DNA from: an uncultured Nitrososphaerales archaeon
GTDB lineage: Archaea; Thermoproteota; Nitrososphaeria; Nitrososphaerales; Nitrososphaeraceae
Length of the DNA stretch: 64,000 nt
Direction of reading: 5' to 3'
Assembly (NCBI GenBank): GCA_963695855.1
Contig: CAVOHZ010000010.1
Location: 256,001 to 320,000, forward strand
Every line of letters begins with the position of its first letter. Position 1 is the first letter of the stretch. Positions 10,105 to 20,495 of this stretch are shown one piece after another. Below the pieces are notes generated by a model. The model had not been told where the DNA came from and made no database searches. It saw only the letters and a list, made by a program, of their open reading frames with translations. Both the position numbers and the translations under genes were made by a program.

Positions 10105-10632
10105 ATGATAAAAAAAATTTATTTTATTTTTAATAATAACATACTCCTGATACTGTTATTATCAATTTTATTTTTGTTATCTATTCAATTTTCTTATGCC
10201 GATAATAATAGAAGTTTATTGCATAACAATGCAGAATTATTAGGATGGATTTCTATTAGTTGTGGATTAATTGCTAATCTTCCATTCATTTTATATGTAC
10301 GTGTAAAGAAACTCTCAGTCAAAAGATTAGGTGGAGGAGATAGTTTAACTCGAAATCTTGCTCTAGAACATACACCAATAATTAATTTTCATACTGCTTT
10401 GAATCTAATAGGATTTTTTACAGGAATATTTCATGGAATATTGTTAGTACGTGGAATAGATTTTATTTCTATATCTTTAGCAATTGTCATAACAATACTT
10501 ACTGTTAGTGGTATTTTACTAAGATTTGCAAAATTAAGAATTATCAATCAATTTAATAGAATAATACATACGCATATTATTTTATCAGCTTTGCTTGTAA
10601 TTTTGATAATTCTACATGTATCACTTTCATAG
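10105..10632 (+). CDS. Membrane protein with paired TM histidines (cytochrome b/ferric reductase-like)
   Basis: FH-x12-FH and IH-x14-LH spacing in TM helices. Confidence 0.65.
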   Translation: MIKKIYFIFNNNILLILLLSILFLLSIQFSYADNNRSLLHNNAELLGWISISCGLIANLPFILYVRVKKLSVKRLGGGDSLTRNLALEHTPIINFHTALNLIGFFTGIFHGILLVRGIDFISISLAIVITILTVSGILLRFAKLRIINQFNRIIHTHIILSALLVILIILHVSLS

Positions 10633-11171
10633 TATGAAGGGTAATGATTTAAAAGAAGAGTATCTTTTACTTTTTATATTTATAACTGCTTTTGTTATCA
10701 TGTTATTGAACATAATAATTAGACAGACAATGATAAAATAATAATATATTTGTTTGATATTGTTAATAAATCTGATAATAAATAGGCTATGTCAATTCCT
10801 CGATTGATATTTAATTAAGAATGATAAGATTGGTTGTTTGTATGACACAAGGAATAGAAGATTCAAAACAAGACTATCAGTAAGAAAGAATTTCTATATG
10901 TGAGATAGATTATTTGATATGTTTCTAATTGACGCTGTATATATCTCTTCCTTTCATTAACTGTCTTTATAGAATTAATAATAAGATTTTCTCTTTTAAT
11001 ATAGTAAAAAGAATTTCTACAATTTATCAATTAGCAAATTTCTTGATAGTCGATCTTGAAAAAGATATTAGCGTTCTACTAGATGCGATAATGGAAGGAC
11101 GGGCTCTGTAGGTGAAATGTTCGACAGAGCTAACATTCAAGAAGAAAGCCACTACCAATACTCTTGCAAAT

Positions 11172-12200
11172 ATGTATGCGGCATTAGATTTAGGACAGAA
11201 AAACATTCAGGCAGTATTGAAAAATAAAGATGGTAAGATTATAAAGGAAAATAAAATACAGCGTAATACCAAAACAATACTAGAATTTCTTGATAATAGT
11301 AACAAGAATCATAATAATATTGATATTGTAATGGAGTCTGGTTACAACTATCAATATCTATATGATCTTTTACAAGATGAAGGTTATAATGTAAAAGTAG
11401 CACATCCACTAATGGTCAAGGCAATAGCATATGCTAAAGTCAAGACAGATAAAGTAGATGCTAGAATATTAGCAGATCTACTAAGAATGGATATGATACC
11501 AGAATGTTATATACCTAATAAAGATATAAGAAATTTACGAGATCTAGTTAGACGCAGATACTATTTTGTCAGTATTCGAACAATGTTCAAAAACAAAGCA
11601 CATGTTGAGATGAGTAAAAGATGGTTAGATGCTAATGTGACTAATAATATAACAACAACAATGATTAAAAATGATCCATTTTCTAAAAAAGGAAAATGTC
11701 ATTTACGTTCACTGGGAATACATGCATTAGATGATTGCCTTGATACCATAGATTTTCTAGATAGAAAAATAAAAGAGTTGGATACAGAAATAAAGAAATT
11801 GGCAATAGAAGATAAATACTCTAAACATCTTATGACAATTCCAGGTATATCTTACTATGCAGCTCTTCTAATATCAAGCGAGATAGCAGATATTAACAGG
11901 TTTCCAGACTATGAACATCTGTGTTCTTATGCTAGATTAGTACCTGGTACATATCAATCTGGAAATACATCATTCTCAAAAACAGACAAAAAACAAGGGA
12001 GCAAAATGCTAAACTGGATTATGGTACAGTGTACTCATACACATGTACGTTATTGCCAATCATCGATAACAGTACATTACAACAAGATAAAGAATAGAAA
12101 GAGAAATAACAAAATTGCTATAATTGCAGCAGCAAGAAAATTAATGCGTGTGATATATGTTATGCTAAAGGAAGATCGTCCCTTTAGACTGGATGAATAA
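11172..12200 (+). CDS. IS110-family DEDD recombinase A
   Basis: ALDLG, MES, KTDKVD, TIPGI and QSG motifs; ATG at 11172 preferred over GTG at 11112. Confidence 0.93.
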   Translation: MYAALDLGQKNIQAVLKNKDGKIIKENKIQRNTKTILEFLDNSNKNHNNIDIVMESGYNYQYLYDLLQDEGYNVKVAHPLMVKAIAYAKVKTDKVDARILADLLRMDMIPECYIPNKDIRNLRDLVRRRYYFVSIRTMFKNKAHVEMSKRWLDANVTNNITTTMIKNDPFSKKGKCHLRSLGIHALDDCLDTIDFLDRKIKELDTEIKKLAIEDKYSKHLMTIPGISYYAALLISSEIADINRFPDYEHLCSYARLVPGTYQSGNTSFSKTDKKQGSKMLNWIMVQCTHTHVRYCQSSITVHYNKIKNRKRNNKIAIIAAARKLMRVIYVMLKEDRPFRLDE

Positions 12201-12211
12201 TAATATAGTAT

Positions 12212-12346
12212 AGGACCTCTTGGTTTCTTGCATCGTCATATTGTTATTATTATATGATAAGTATGATGGATGCCATCTGTAGGTTAGGTCTGGCTACTAC
12301 TAGCGCAAAGCCACGGTGCACTATTGGTGCGTATGGGAGAATGCTA
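12212..12346 (+). ncRNA. Predicted bridge/seek RNA of IS110-A
   Basis: Two stems with internal loops; TGGTTTCT (12221-28) and TCTGTAG (12276-82) match the target, ATGGGAG (12333-39) matches the donor end. Confidence 0.8.
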
Positions 12347-12432
12347 TTATTCATCAGTTAATCATATTAGGAACGAGTATTATATGAACATGGGAGAAAC
12401 CATCATAGCTAGCAACATTCTACCATTAATTA

Positions 12433-13344
12433 TTGAACAAACAACAATCAAAATATGTTAGATTAGCAGATCAACTATTACGTATTCTCAAACATTGCAG
12501 AATTCCATTATATTTGCATAGAAAGAGCAACCACATTTACACAGTATGGCAACACATAGTACTTGTTACAATAAGAAGACAGTATGAAGGTAAGAGTTAT
12601 CGAATGTTTACAGACTGGCTTGTTGAAGCATACTATTTGAGATTGTTTTTACAACTATCCAAAATACCACATTATACAACATTACAGAAATTCACAGATA
12701 GAATCAATGTAGTGATGCTTGGAAAGATAATCTCATCTTTTATCTTATTCACAAGAACAAGACGCATATTTACTGGCATAGATTTGACTGGATTCAAAAT
12801 AACACATGCATCAGAGTACTATACTAGCAGAGCAAAACTACGAAGGAAGAAATATGCTAAATTGTCAATTGGCGCAGATGTATTACAACAAATCGTCTGT
12901 TCTATAAAGATAAGGCGAGCTCCAACAAGACATGATAACATAGATTTTAGACCAGTGACAACAAGAATATCAAAAATAAAACCATTATCGGTAGTTGTTG
13001 CAGATAAAGCATATGATAGTGAGGATAATCATGTACTAGTTAGAGAGAAACTAAACGGATTCAGTGTTATACCATCAAGATATGAAAAAGATGTACCAAT
13101 ATGGAAAACTCGTGGCAAATACAGAAAAGAAATGAAACGTGGCTATTCAAAGATTCTGTACAATCAACGTAACAAAGATGAAACTATTGTATTAGTCATA
13201 AAAAGATTGTTTGGAGAACATATATCATCCAGATTAATACGAATGCAGAACAGAGAATTGACTTTCAGATGTATTACATACAATCTTCATAGGATGCTAA
13301 ATTTAATTATTATTAAATGGATTCTACAGAGCCGAAGGACGTAG
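12433..13344 (+). CDS. IS5-family DDE transposase
   Basis: IPHYTTL, GIDLTGF, VADKAYDS and Y.QR...ET....IKRLFG motifs. Confidence 0.9.
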   Translation: MNKQQSKYVRLADQLLRILKHCRIPLYLHRKSNHIYTVWQHIVLVTIRRQYEGKSYRMFTDWLVEAYYLRLFLQLSKIPHYTTLQKFTDRINVVMLGKIISSFILFTRTRRIFTGIDLTGFKITHASEYYTSRAKLRRKKYAKLSIGADVLQQIVCSIKIRRAPTRHDNIDFRPVTTRISKIKPLSVVVADKAYDSEDNHVLVREKLNGFSVIPSRYEKDVPIWKTRGKYRKEMKRGYSKILYNQRNKDETIVLVIKRLFGEHISSRLIRMQNRELTFRCITYNLHRMLNLIIIKWILQSRRT

Positions 13345-14348
13345 AACCTTAAATACGATGAAGTATGTTTTCATGGCAACAAGTGCTAATTTCGGAAATA
13401 TGTTTAGTATGGCTGGTGTATCGTTATTTCTGACATTCCTTCCCCTTTTGCCAAAACAGATACTTCTTACCAACTTGATGACAGACTTTCCAGAAATGAC
13501 AATATCAACAGATAATGTAGATAAAGAAATATTAGAAGTTCCCAGGCATTGGGATCTTAAATTTATTCGTAAATTCATGCTTGTATTTGGTTTTTTAAGT
13601 ACTATTTTTGATTTTCTGACCTTTATTGTACTACTAAATATTTTACACGCAAACATAGAACAATTTAGAACGACATGGTTTATGGAATCAGTTATTTCGG
13701 CTTCACTCGTAGTTTTAATTATCAGAAGTAAAAAACCATTAATGAAAAGTACTCCTGGAAAATTTTTGTTAATTACAACTTTAATAGTTAATATTTTTGT
13801 ACTTGCTATTCCTCTTACTCCTATTGGCCCAATATTTGGATTTGTTGTTATCCCGTTAACATTCTATCTTAGTATAGGAATAATTGTGCTAACGTATGTA
13901 GTTATGGCTGAAGTAATAAAGTGGATCTTTTATAGATTGGTAAAAATGTAATATTAAATCTCTTTTTTGAAACGTCTATAGCGTTTAAATCTGCATGTAG
14001 ATTAATGGTATTTGTTATAGCGGGCAACAATATTAAAAAAGTCATTAATAGCATCAAAACCAAGCAATAGTTCTACTCTCTTAAGTAGTGAATAATTATA
14101 TTTCTTCTAACCTCCTGCATAATATTCCCACAATAGGTTATCCACTTGAGCTATGGTAGTAATTAGTGCAAGACAGGAATAGATAAAAAAAGTATTACAA
14201 TCAAAACTTACGATAAACATATTAATTTATAAAAATTGTCATCAGTTGTTATTTTTCCATAATGATAACCAGTTAAATAATTAATAAGCTTATTAAAAAT
14301 CGAAACTTTATAGATATGCTTAAATCCTAGATCCTGTGAGCAACTGGT

Positions 14349-15170
14349 ATGGCAACTAAATATATTATTTTGTTATTGCCAATAGTGCTAGCTCTAACAA
14401 TACAAATATCAAATACGGAAATCCTTGCACAAACTGGTGGTTTGTCTAATATAGGATCCCCTGATTATGCAGTAAACATAGTTCCAGGTGCCTCTCTAAA
14501 AGAAAATATATTTCATTATTACCCTCCAAAAATTGCAATTCCTGTAGACACTACTGTGAATTGGCTTAATGGAGATGTCGGACAACCACACACAGTAACC
14601 AGTGGACAACCTGGCGCTGCGGATAAAGGTTCGGTATTTAATTCAGGTGTTATGCCCGCCTTCCCTGTCAGAACCTTTCAATTCACTTTCACACAACCTG
14701 GTGAATATCCATATCACTGTATTATTCATCCATGGAGGGTTGCGGTAGTATCTGTAAGTGATATGCTTTTCTCCGGTAAGAGTTTTGATATTGGTATAGG
14801 ATCAGGTGCCATATGGGATATTTCCACTAACCCACGAGTATTACTGGACATTAGCCCAAAGACTGTGCCATTAGACAGAGTTACTCATGTTACCTACAAT
14901 GTAACTATCAAGGATGGCGCAAATAACGCAACATTGCTTTCTAAGCTTTTCACTACAGCTGGTGAATCGCTTCCAGTAGAGTTAGTTTCTGGCATAGGTA
15001 ATGAAAGCATTTCTTATGGACCAGATTTTAGCAGTACAGGAGCTTATCATGTTCAATCAGATTTTAAAAAGGGTTCTTCTTATCCAATAAGTGTAGAAAT
15101 AGTATCAGTTGACTATAAACCAGTACAAGCTCCAATCAAAGCTTCATTCACGATGAAGACTAGTCCTTAA
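14349..15170 (+). CDS. Secreted cupredoxin-domain protein
   Basis: HTVTSG, FNSG, YHCIIHPWR. Confidence 0.88.
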   Translation: MATKYIILLLPIVLALTIQISNTEILAQTGGLSNIGSPDYAVNIVPGASLKENIFHYYPPKIAIPVDTTVNWLNGDVGQPHTVTSGQPGAADKGSVFNSGVMPAFPVRTFQFTFTQPGEYPYHCIIHPWRVAVVSVSDMLFSGKSFDIGIGSGAIWDISTNPRVLLDISPKTVPLDRVTHVTYNVTIKDGANNATLLSKLFTTAGESLPVELVSGIGNESISYGPDFSSTGAYHVQSDFKKGSSYPISVEIVSVDYKPVQAPIKASFTMKTSP

Positions 15171-15361
15171 ATTTTTTCCCACCTAATATTTTTTTCTTTA
15201 AGTTTATAATTACTAATTCAAATAATAGTAATAACTTCTGGTAAGTAATTTTTAATAATAAAATCTTATTAGAAAATATAGGCTAATTGGTATAGATTAC
15301 TTGACTGTTATATCAAAAATGAAAGAAAGGGTATTATTAGGATTGGGATCATTAAAAATAA

Positions 15362-15862
15362 TTGAGTTTAGAATCAATATCTATTTCTAACTGTATGACT
15401 AGAAATGTAAAAACAATTAGCTCAACAGAACAATTATTCAACGCATGTAAAATAATGAAAGATAACTACATAGGATGTGTTGTAGTAGTAGATGAATCTC
15501 ATAGTAACAATCCTATTGGAATAATAACAGAAAGAGACATTGTAAATAATTTATCTTCTCAAGATGCCAATTTACAAATATACTTAAAAGAGATAATGAG
15601 TAAACCTATAGTTACCATTCAAGAAACACATTCTTTAATAGATGCATTACAAACTATGGATAAAAATAACTTTCGTAGGCTGCCTATAACCAATAAGGAA
15701 GGCAAATTAGTAGGTATAGTAACTGATAAAGATATATTTAAAACAATTATCAAGAATAAGGATTTGATATCTGATCTTTACAACAATAAGAATTTTCAAT
15801 TTTCTCAATCTGCACTAGAAGAATATAGAGAACATCTTTTTGAAAATATCTTTCGTCCGTAA
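15362..15862 (+). CDS. CBS-domain pair protein
   Basis: GIITERDIV, RRLPI, GIVTDKDI. Confidence 0.9.
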   Translation: MSLESISISNCMTRNVKTISSTEQLFNACKIMKDNYIGCVVVVDESHSNNPIGIITERDIVNNLSSQDANLQIYLKEIMSKPIVTIQETHSLIDALQTMDKNNFRRLPITNKEGKLVGIVTDKDIFKTIIKNKDLISDLYNNKNFQFSQSALEEYREHLFENIFRP

Positions 15863-15921
15863 CAACTTTAGTTACTATTAATTAGGTAATTATAATAAGA
15901 TTAAATATAGAGTTATATATT

Positions 15922-16241
15922 TGAAATTCAATTTCTGTTTCATAACTTATTAGATATTCCAATGTTTATATCTTTATTATTCTATTAACTTGATGTTTAT
16001 ATTCTTTATAAAAACCATAGTATCATAAATTCTATTCAAATTTGTTTTTTTATATATGTACATATAATTTATTTTATATATACATTTTCGGCCCTTTATA
16101 ATTACGCCATATATATAACGTATTTTGTCAAATAAGTCATATATGGACTTAATTTCAACATTTAGGGCGTTTTTCAGTATATCAACTAATTAGTTTAAAT
16201 ACTAGTGGGTGTATATTCTTTATTTAAACCAAATGATGAAT
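15922..16241 (-). repeat. Diverged inverted copy of 5945-6263
   Basis: Hand alignment; includes the ATG AAA CAG AAA TTG start, after which similarity ends. Confidence 0.9.
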
Positions 16242-16442
16242 AAAACGATTAACCTTTAAGTGAATAATTATCCAAATACGAGATAGTAATAGAAAAACGA
16301 GATACTAATAGAAAATTTACACAAAAGATTTTGTTATGGCTTCTGATGGCAGTTTTGATAAAGTCATAATACTTGCTCAATATTTCGATAATTCACTGTT
16401 GTGCACTTTAAATAATTTTTTTATGTTTTATTTTAATCATTG

Positions 16443-16755
16443 AAAAATTACTTACCAGAAGTTATTACTATTATTTGAATTAGTAATTATAAACTTAAAG
16501 AAAAAAATATTAGGTGGGAAAAAATTTAAGGACTAGTCTTCATCGTGAATGAAGCTTTGATTGGAGCTTGTACTGGTTTATAGTCAACTGATACTATTTC
16601 TACACTTATTGGATAAGAAGAACCCTTTTTAAAATCTGATTGAACATGATAAGCTCCTGTACTGCTAAAATCTGGTCCATAAGAAATGCTTTCATTACCT
16701 ATGCCAGAAACTAACTCTACTGGAAGCGATTCACCTGAGGTAGTGAATAGCTTAG
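16443..16755 (-). repeat. Near-identical inverted duplicate of 14941-15253 (3' end of the cupredoxin gene plus terminator region)
   Basis: Reverse-complement match by eye. Confidence 0.92.
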
Positions 16756-16758
16756 AGA

Positions 16759-16947
16759 ATGGTTTATGGGATAAAATCGGAAGAAAATTCTATTTATGAG
16801 GCTGCGAAAAAGAAAGGAATTGAATTCAAAAAAATTGATTGTAAAGATCTTATTATTGATTTAAATGCCTCTTCAGAAGATTATATAACTCAAACAATAA
16901 GCCAAGAAATTAAAAAACTAAATAAAATGGTACAGATGGTTTTTTAG
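16759..16947 (+). pseudogene. N-terminal fragment of a LysX/RimK-type ATP-grasp ligase
   Basis: EE..IYEAAKKKGIEFKKIDCKDL resembles the LysX N-terminus; truncated. Confidence 0.5.
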
Positions 16948-16999
16948 GACCATTTTATATAGAGAATTCTGCTCAAAAAAACTATTTTATCAGTTGTGA

Positions 17000-17290
17000 A
17001 GAAGATGATTGTTTAAGGAAAACGTCAAGTGATTGGTCTCGAAGAAAGAAAAGAAGTGTATATGTATTGCAGGTACTAGAAAAAGACTATATTGTAGAGA
17101 AGGGTAAGCCTGAAAAGGTAATGCATGATAATGGTAAACAATTCACATTTAAAATATTCAAGCATTTTCTGAAAAGGAACAAGATAAAGGATAATAAACC
17201 AATTCCAAATAGATATTCACAACTACAATACAAGAAAAAATTGAACCATATACAAACAAGATAGTAAAAAATGAATTTTTAGCCGTCGAA
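17000..17290 (+). pseudogene. rve-type (IS481/IS3-like) transposase remnant
   Basis: GKPEKVMHDNGKQF motif; frameshifted. Confidence 0.7.
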
Positions 17291-17390
17291 AATTATCTCA
17301 AGTCTTGAATAATAGTGTTTAACTTTTGTCAATCATTTAAGAAATAATTTTAATTGGTAATTGGAACTAAATAAAATTGAGTGGATACTC

Positions 17391-17990
17391 TTATATCATT
17401 TCTCTTGATTTTGTACCTTTTCTATAATATATCAATAGAAAACCTACTCCTCCTGATATTATCCCTAAAAGTAAAATAATAATTGCAGTAGAAATAGGTT
17501 CAATGAAAGGAGCTAATATTTGATGTGCTTGTCCACCGTTAAATCCTTGTCCTCCAACATTTTCAGGAAGCATTGCTGCTCCACCTATATACCCCGCATA
17601 CATTAACATACCCATTGTAGATGTTGTTCCAATATTCATAAGTAAAAGATGTATCCAAGCTAATAGTTTAGTTAGCTGCTTATTATAGGGCTTTGCTAGA
17701 ATTCTTTCAAGATAATAGTAGAACAGAGCAGAAACCGCAACCCCCATTACTCCAACAACTATGTACATAATATAACCAAAAGTAAACCAGGTTCCTGCAC
17801 CCCCAGCTGCAATTACTCTTGAAATTTCTGGTTTTAGAAAAGATATTTGACTAAAAACAAGAAAAAGTGTTAATCCAACGATGATTGCTCCTTGAATAAT
17901 GGCAGCACAGATAAATCGATTAGTCCATGTTATAGATAAATGGTTATTATGACAGTTAGTGTCATCATTACTTTCTCCTTCTGAATTCAT
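17391..17990 (-). CDS. Four-TM membrane protein
   Basis: Hydrophobic helices; LAWIHLLLMNIG. Confidence 0.75.
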   Translation of the reverse strand: MNSEGESNDDTNCHNNHLSITWTNRFICAAIIQGAIIVGLTLFLVFSQISFLKPEISRVIAAGGAGTWFTFGYIMYIVVGVMGVAVSALFYYYLERILAKPYNKQLTKLLAWIHLLLMNIGTTSTMGMLMYAGYIGGAAMLPENVGGQGFNGGQAHQILAPFIEPISTAIIILLLGIISGGVGFLLIYYRKGTKSREMI

Positions 17991-18287
17991 TTTTTCCTTT
18001 TATTATACACATTAACTTACAAGATAGAAATAGATTGTGGTTTGTAGGATGCCATTGCTTTAACAAAATAAATTAATTTTTTCAATTGCATCATATCTTT
18101 TACATAGGACAATTAGTTTATCATAGTGATATTGAGCACTAAAACTCTGTCCATTTAACTTACGACGGGCCAGTAGTTTTCTCAGATCCATCTCCTAGAG
18201 ATATATTTCTTAGTTAAGTTAATTAGATGATTCATCAACAGATCCAATCATATACTGGATAGTTTACACCACCAGCAGGCAGGGTTC

Positions 18288-18819
18288 ACAGTAATATCTA
18301 CAGATGAATCATTTTTCTTCTATGACTTTCTTGTAAGAAGAGTCTGGATAAGAAAAGATGAAGACCAGTTGTAAGAATTACAGGGTCCCATCAGGAATCC
18401 ATCTTATTTGGTGCTACAAGTTTAGAAGGAAATCAGTTATTCAGGCAGTATGACTGGTTTGATGAAAATACCTCTTTAGATTACCTAAAAACAGATACGC
18501 AGAAAATTTCCAAAATGTTATCTGTTTCTTGATAAGGCAAAACAACATTACAGATCGAAAAAGGTACTACAATATTTTGCTGACAATAGAGATAGTTTGA
18601 TTCCAGTTTATCTTCCAACAGCATCTCCTGAATTTATGGTACTGCAAGAGATATGGCATATAGCCAAAAAAGATCTGCTTGTTCTACAACAATACTATTC
18701 ATGCTTTACCAATTTCAGAAATAAAATATCTAAATATTTTAGAACAAAAAGATTCAATCTGGATATGAAAAATTACCTAGTTAGAGGTGAGTAAGTAAGC
18801 ATATTTATCTTAATTGGTA
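18288..18819 (+). pseudogene. IS630 3' remnant (same family as 41306-42434)
   Basis: DES, LDKA..H and YLPTASPE motifs; ends in TTAATTGGTA followed by TA. Confidence 0.88.
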
Positions 18820-19104
18820 TAAGTATGAAAATTAATAATGTAATAGCAATTCAATAATCAATATTAGCGACAAGATTACTTAACTAGATTTTCAAGTTTT
18901 AATCGATAATATTAATAAAATTTTTACTTTCTGTCATATTTTTAATTGGAGATTCTAGAGATTTAATCTATGAGGTTTGTTCTTACTTGTTTTTATTACC
19001 AATAGGTAACATATCTCCATTGCTCAATAAAATCTCACACTTTTATTTTTTATAAATCTATATTGAATAGATTGTTTGGATACGAAGAAAAAAATGGAAT
19101 ATAA

Positions 19105-19686
19105 TCAAGGTTTATAAATAGTATCAAAAATCCGATCCCGAAATTGTTCCAAAATAGAATACGAAGGTTCAAACTCTTTACTGTCATAATAATCAGACAA
19201 CAAGTCTTTATTACTCAGAATGGCTTTAATTATATCTTTATCAGTAATTATTCCAATTAGTTTTTGTTCATTATTAATTACTGGTAGTCTTCTAAAGTTA
19301 TGTGAATGCATAATTTGTAATGCCTCTATTAACGAATTAGAATCTTTAATTGTAATTAGTGGAGAAGTCATTATCTTTTGTGCTTGTAATTGTAAAGTAT
19401 CTTCTTTTTGCGCAATACAGTATACTATATCTCGTTCTGTGATTATTCCAACAGGATCATCAGATTCATTTACTACTATAAGACTGCCGATATTGTTATT
19501 TTTCATAATTTGGCATATTTGGAATAATGGTCTTGTTAATTGACTTGTCTTCACATTACTTGACATAAAATTCGAAATATTGGTACTTTTTAAGCTCAAG
19601 ATGGATATATTATAGAAGAATACTTCTACATATCTCTTTTCTTTTTTAATCAATTTATTACCTGAATCTGATCCGGTTACATCCAA
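19105..19686 (-). CDS. CBS-domain pair protein (paralog of 15362; true start probably downstream)
   Basis: GIITERDIV, RRLPV, GIITDKDI. Confidence 0.85.
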   Translation of the reverse strand: MDVTGSDSGNKLIKKEKRYVEVFFYNISILSLKSTNISNFMSSNVKTSQLTRPLFQICQIMKNNNIGSLIVVNESDDPVGIITERDIVYCIAQKEDTLQLQAQKIMTSPLITIKDSNSLIEALQIMHSHNFRRLPVINNEQKLIGIITDKDIIKAILSNKDLLSDYYDSKEFEPSYSILEQFRDRIFDTIYKP

Positions 19687-20495
19687 ATCTTTTTGTTATA
19701 CGTAAATCCAGAATTTGTTGTTATATCTCATTTGTTACTTTATGACATTGTATATTGTGTGGTCTTCTACTTCACTTCTTATCATCTCTTTATAAGTTAA
19801 TTGTTCTGTTTTTATTAATTTTATTTCTTCATCCTTTTGGAGCATTAATTGCTGAAATATTTTTCTTGCATCCTGTAATTCCTTATCCTTATAATCCTTG
19901 GGATAGGCTTTTAGAATAAAAATTTGTTGTTTATTTTATCATGTAATTTAACATGATAAAATATTATATTATATTATGTCTGTGGAATAAATAGATAGAT
20001 AGATAGATAGAAATACTATTATTTTTGTATTTGTTGTATTTTTTCTAGATATTCACAAATATGTTTCTTGCTGGTCTGCACTTCCAAATATTCTCCCTTT
20101 GAGGGATGCCAATATATTGGAATATTGCAGCCATAGCACGATCTAACGTTCATTTTGTTTTACTTCACTTCTTAGTATAATTAATAACATTTCTATTTTT
20201 TAAAATATTGCTATATAATATAGATAGTATCAATAGTTCTATCTTTCTATTTTCTCATGATATTATAACAATTTAAAAAAATATTTTTATAAATTTATAA
20301 ATCTATTACTCTAGCGATATTGTCAATATAAAATCAAAATTTTCAATAATTCCGGAGTAGAAGGGGGTAGAAATGATCACCTTCTTCGTTCCGGAGTCCT
20401 GGTAAGTCGTTGAAGGATGTAAATTCAATTACGATAAAGTGGTTTATCTTTATTTATAATAGAAAACCTTTACGGGTATATTGATCTAAATAATT

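Larger units (their letters stand above)
11112..12396 (+). mobile_element. IS110-family element A (IS1111-like ends)
   Basis: AG core at 11110-11 and 12395-96; subterminal IRs ATGTTC (11117-22) and GAACAT (12386-91). Confidence 0.9.
11102..13333 (+). mobile_element. IS5-family element with 8-bp target duplication; left TIR interrupted by IS110
   Basis: TSD GAAGGACG at 11094-11101 and 13334-13341; right TIR (rc) GGCTCTGTAGAATCCAT; left TIR reconstructs as GGCTCTGTAG+AAACCAT. Confidence 0.92.
11030..13951 (+). pseudogene. mgtA: C-terminal fragment of a Mg2+-transporting P-type ATPase, split by an IS5/IS110 insertion
   Basis: LEKDISVLLDAIMEGR before the IS and RTLNTMKYVFMATSANFGNMFSMAG...PLLPKQILLTNL after it; N-terminal part absent. 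Confidence 0.85.

Noticed and set aside
19991-20011. (ATAG)5 microsatellite
   Set aside because: Short intergenic simple repeat with no linked feature
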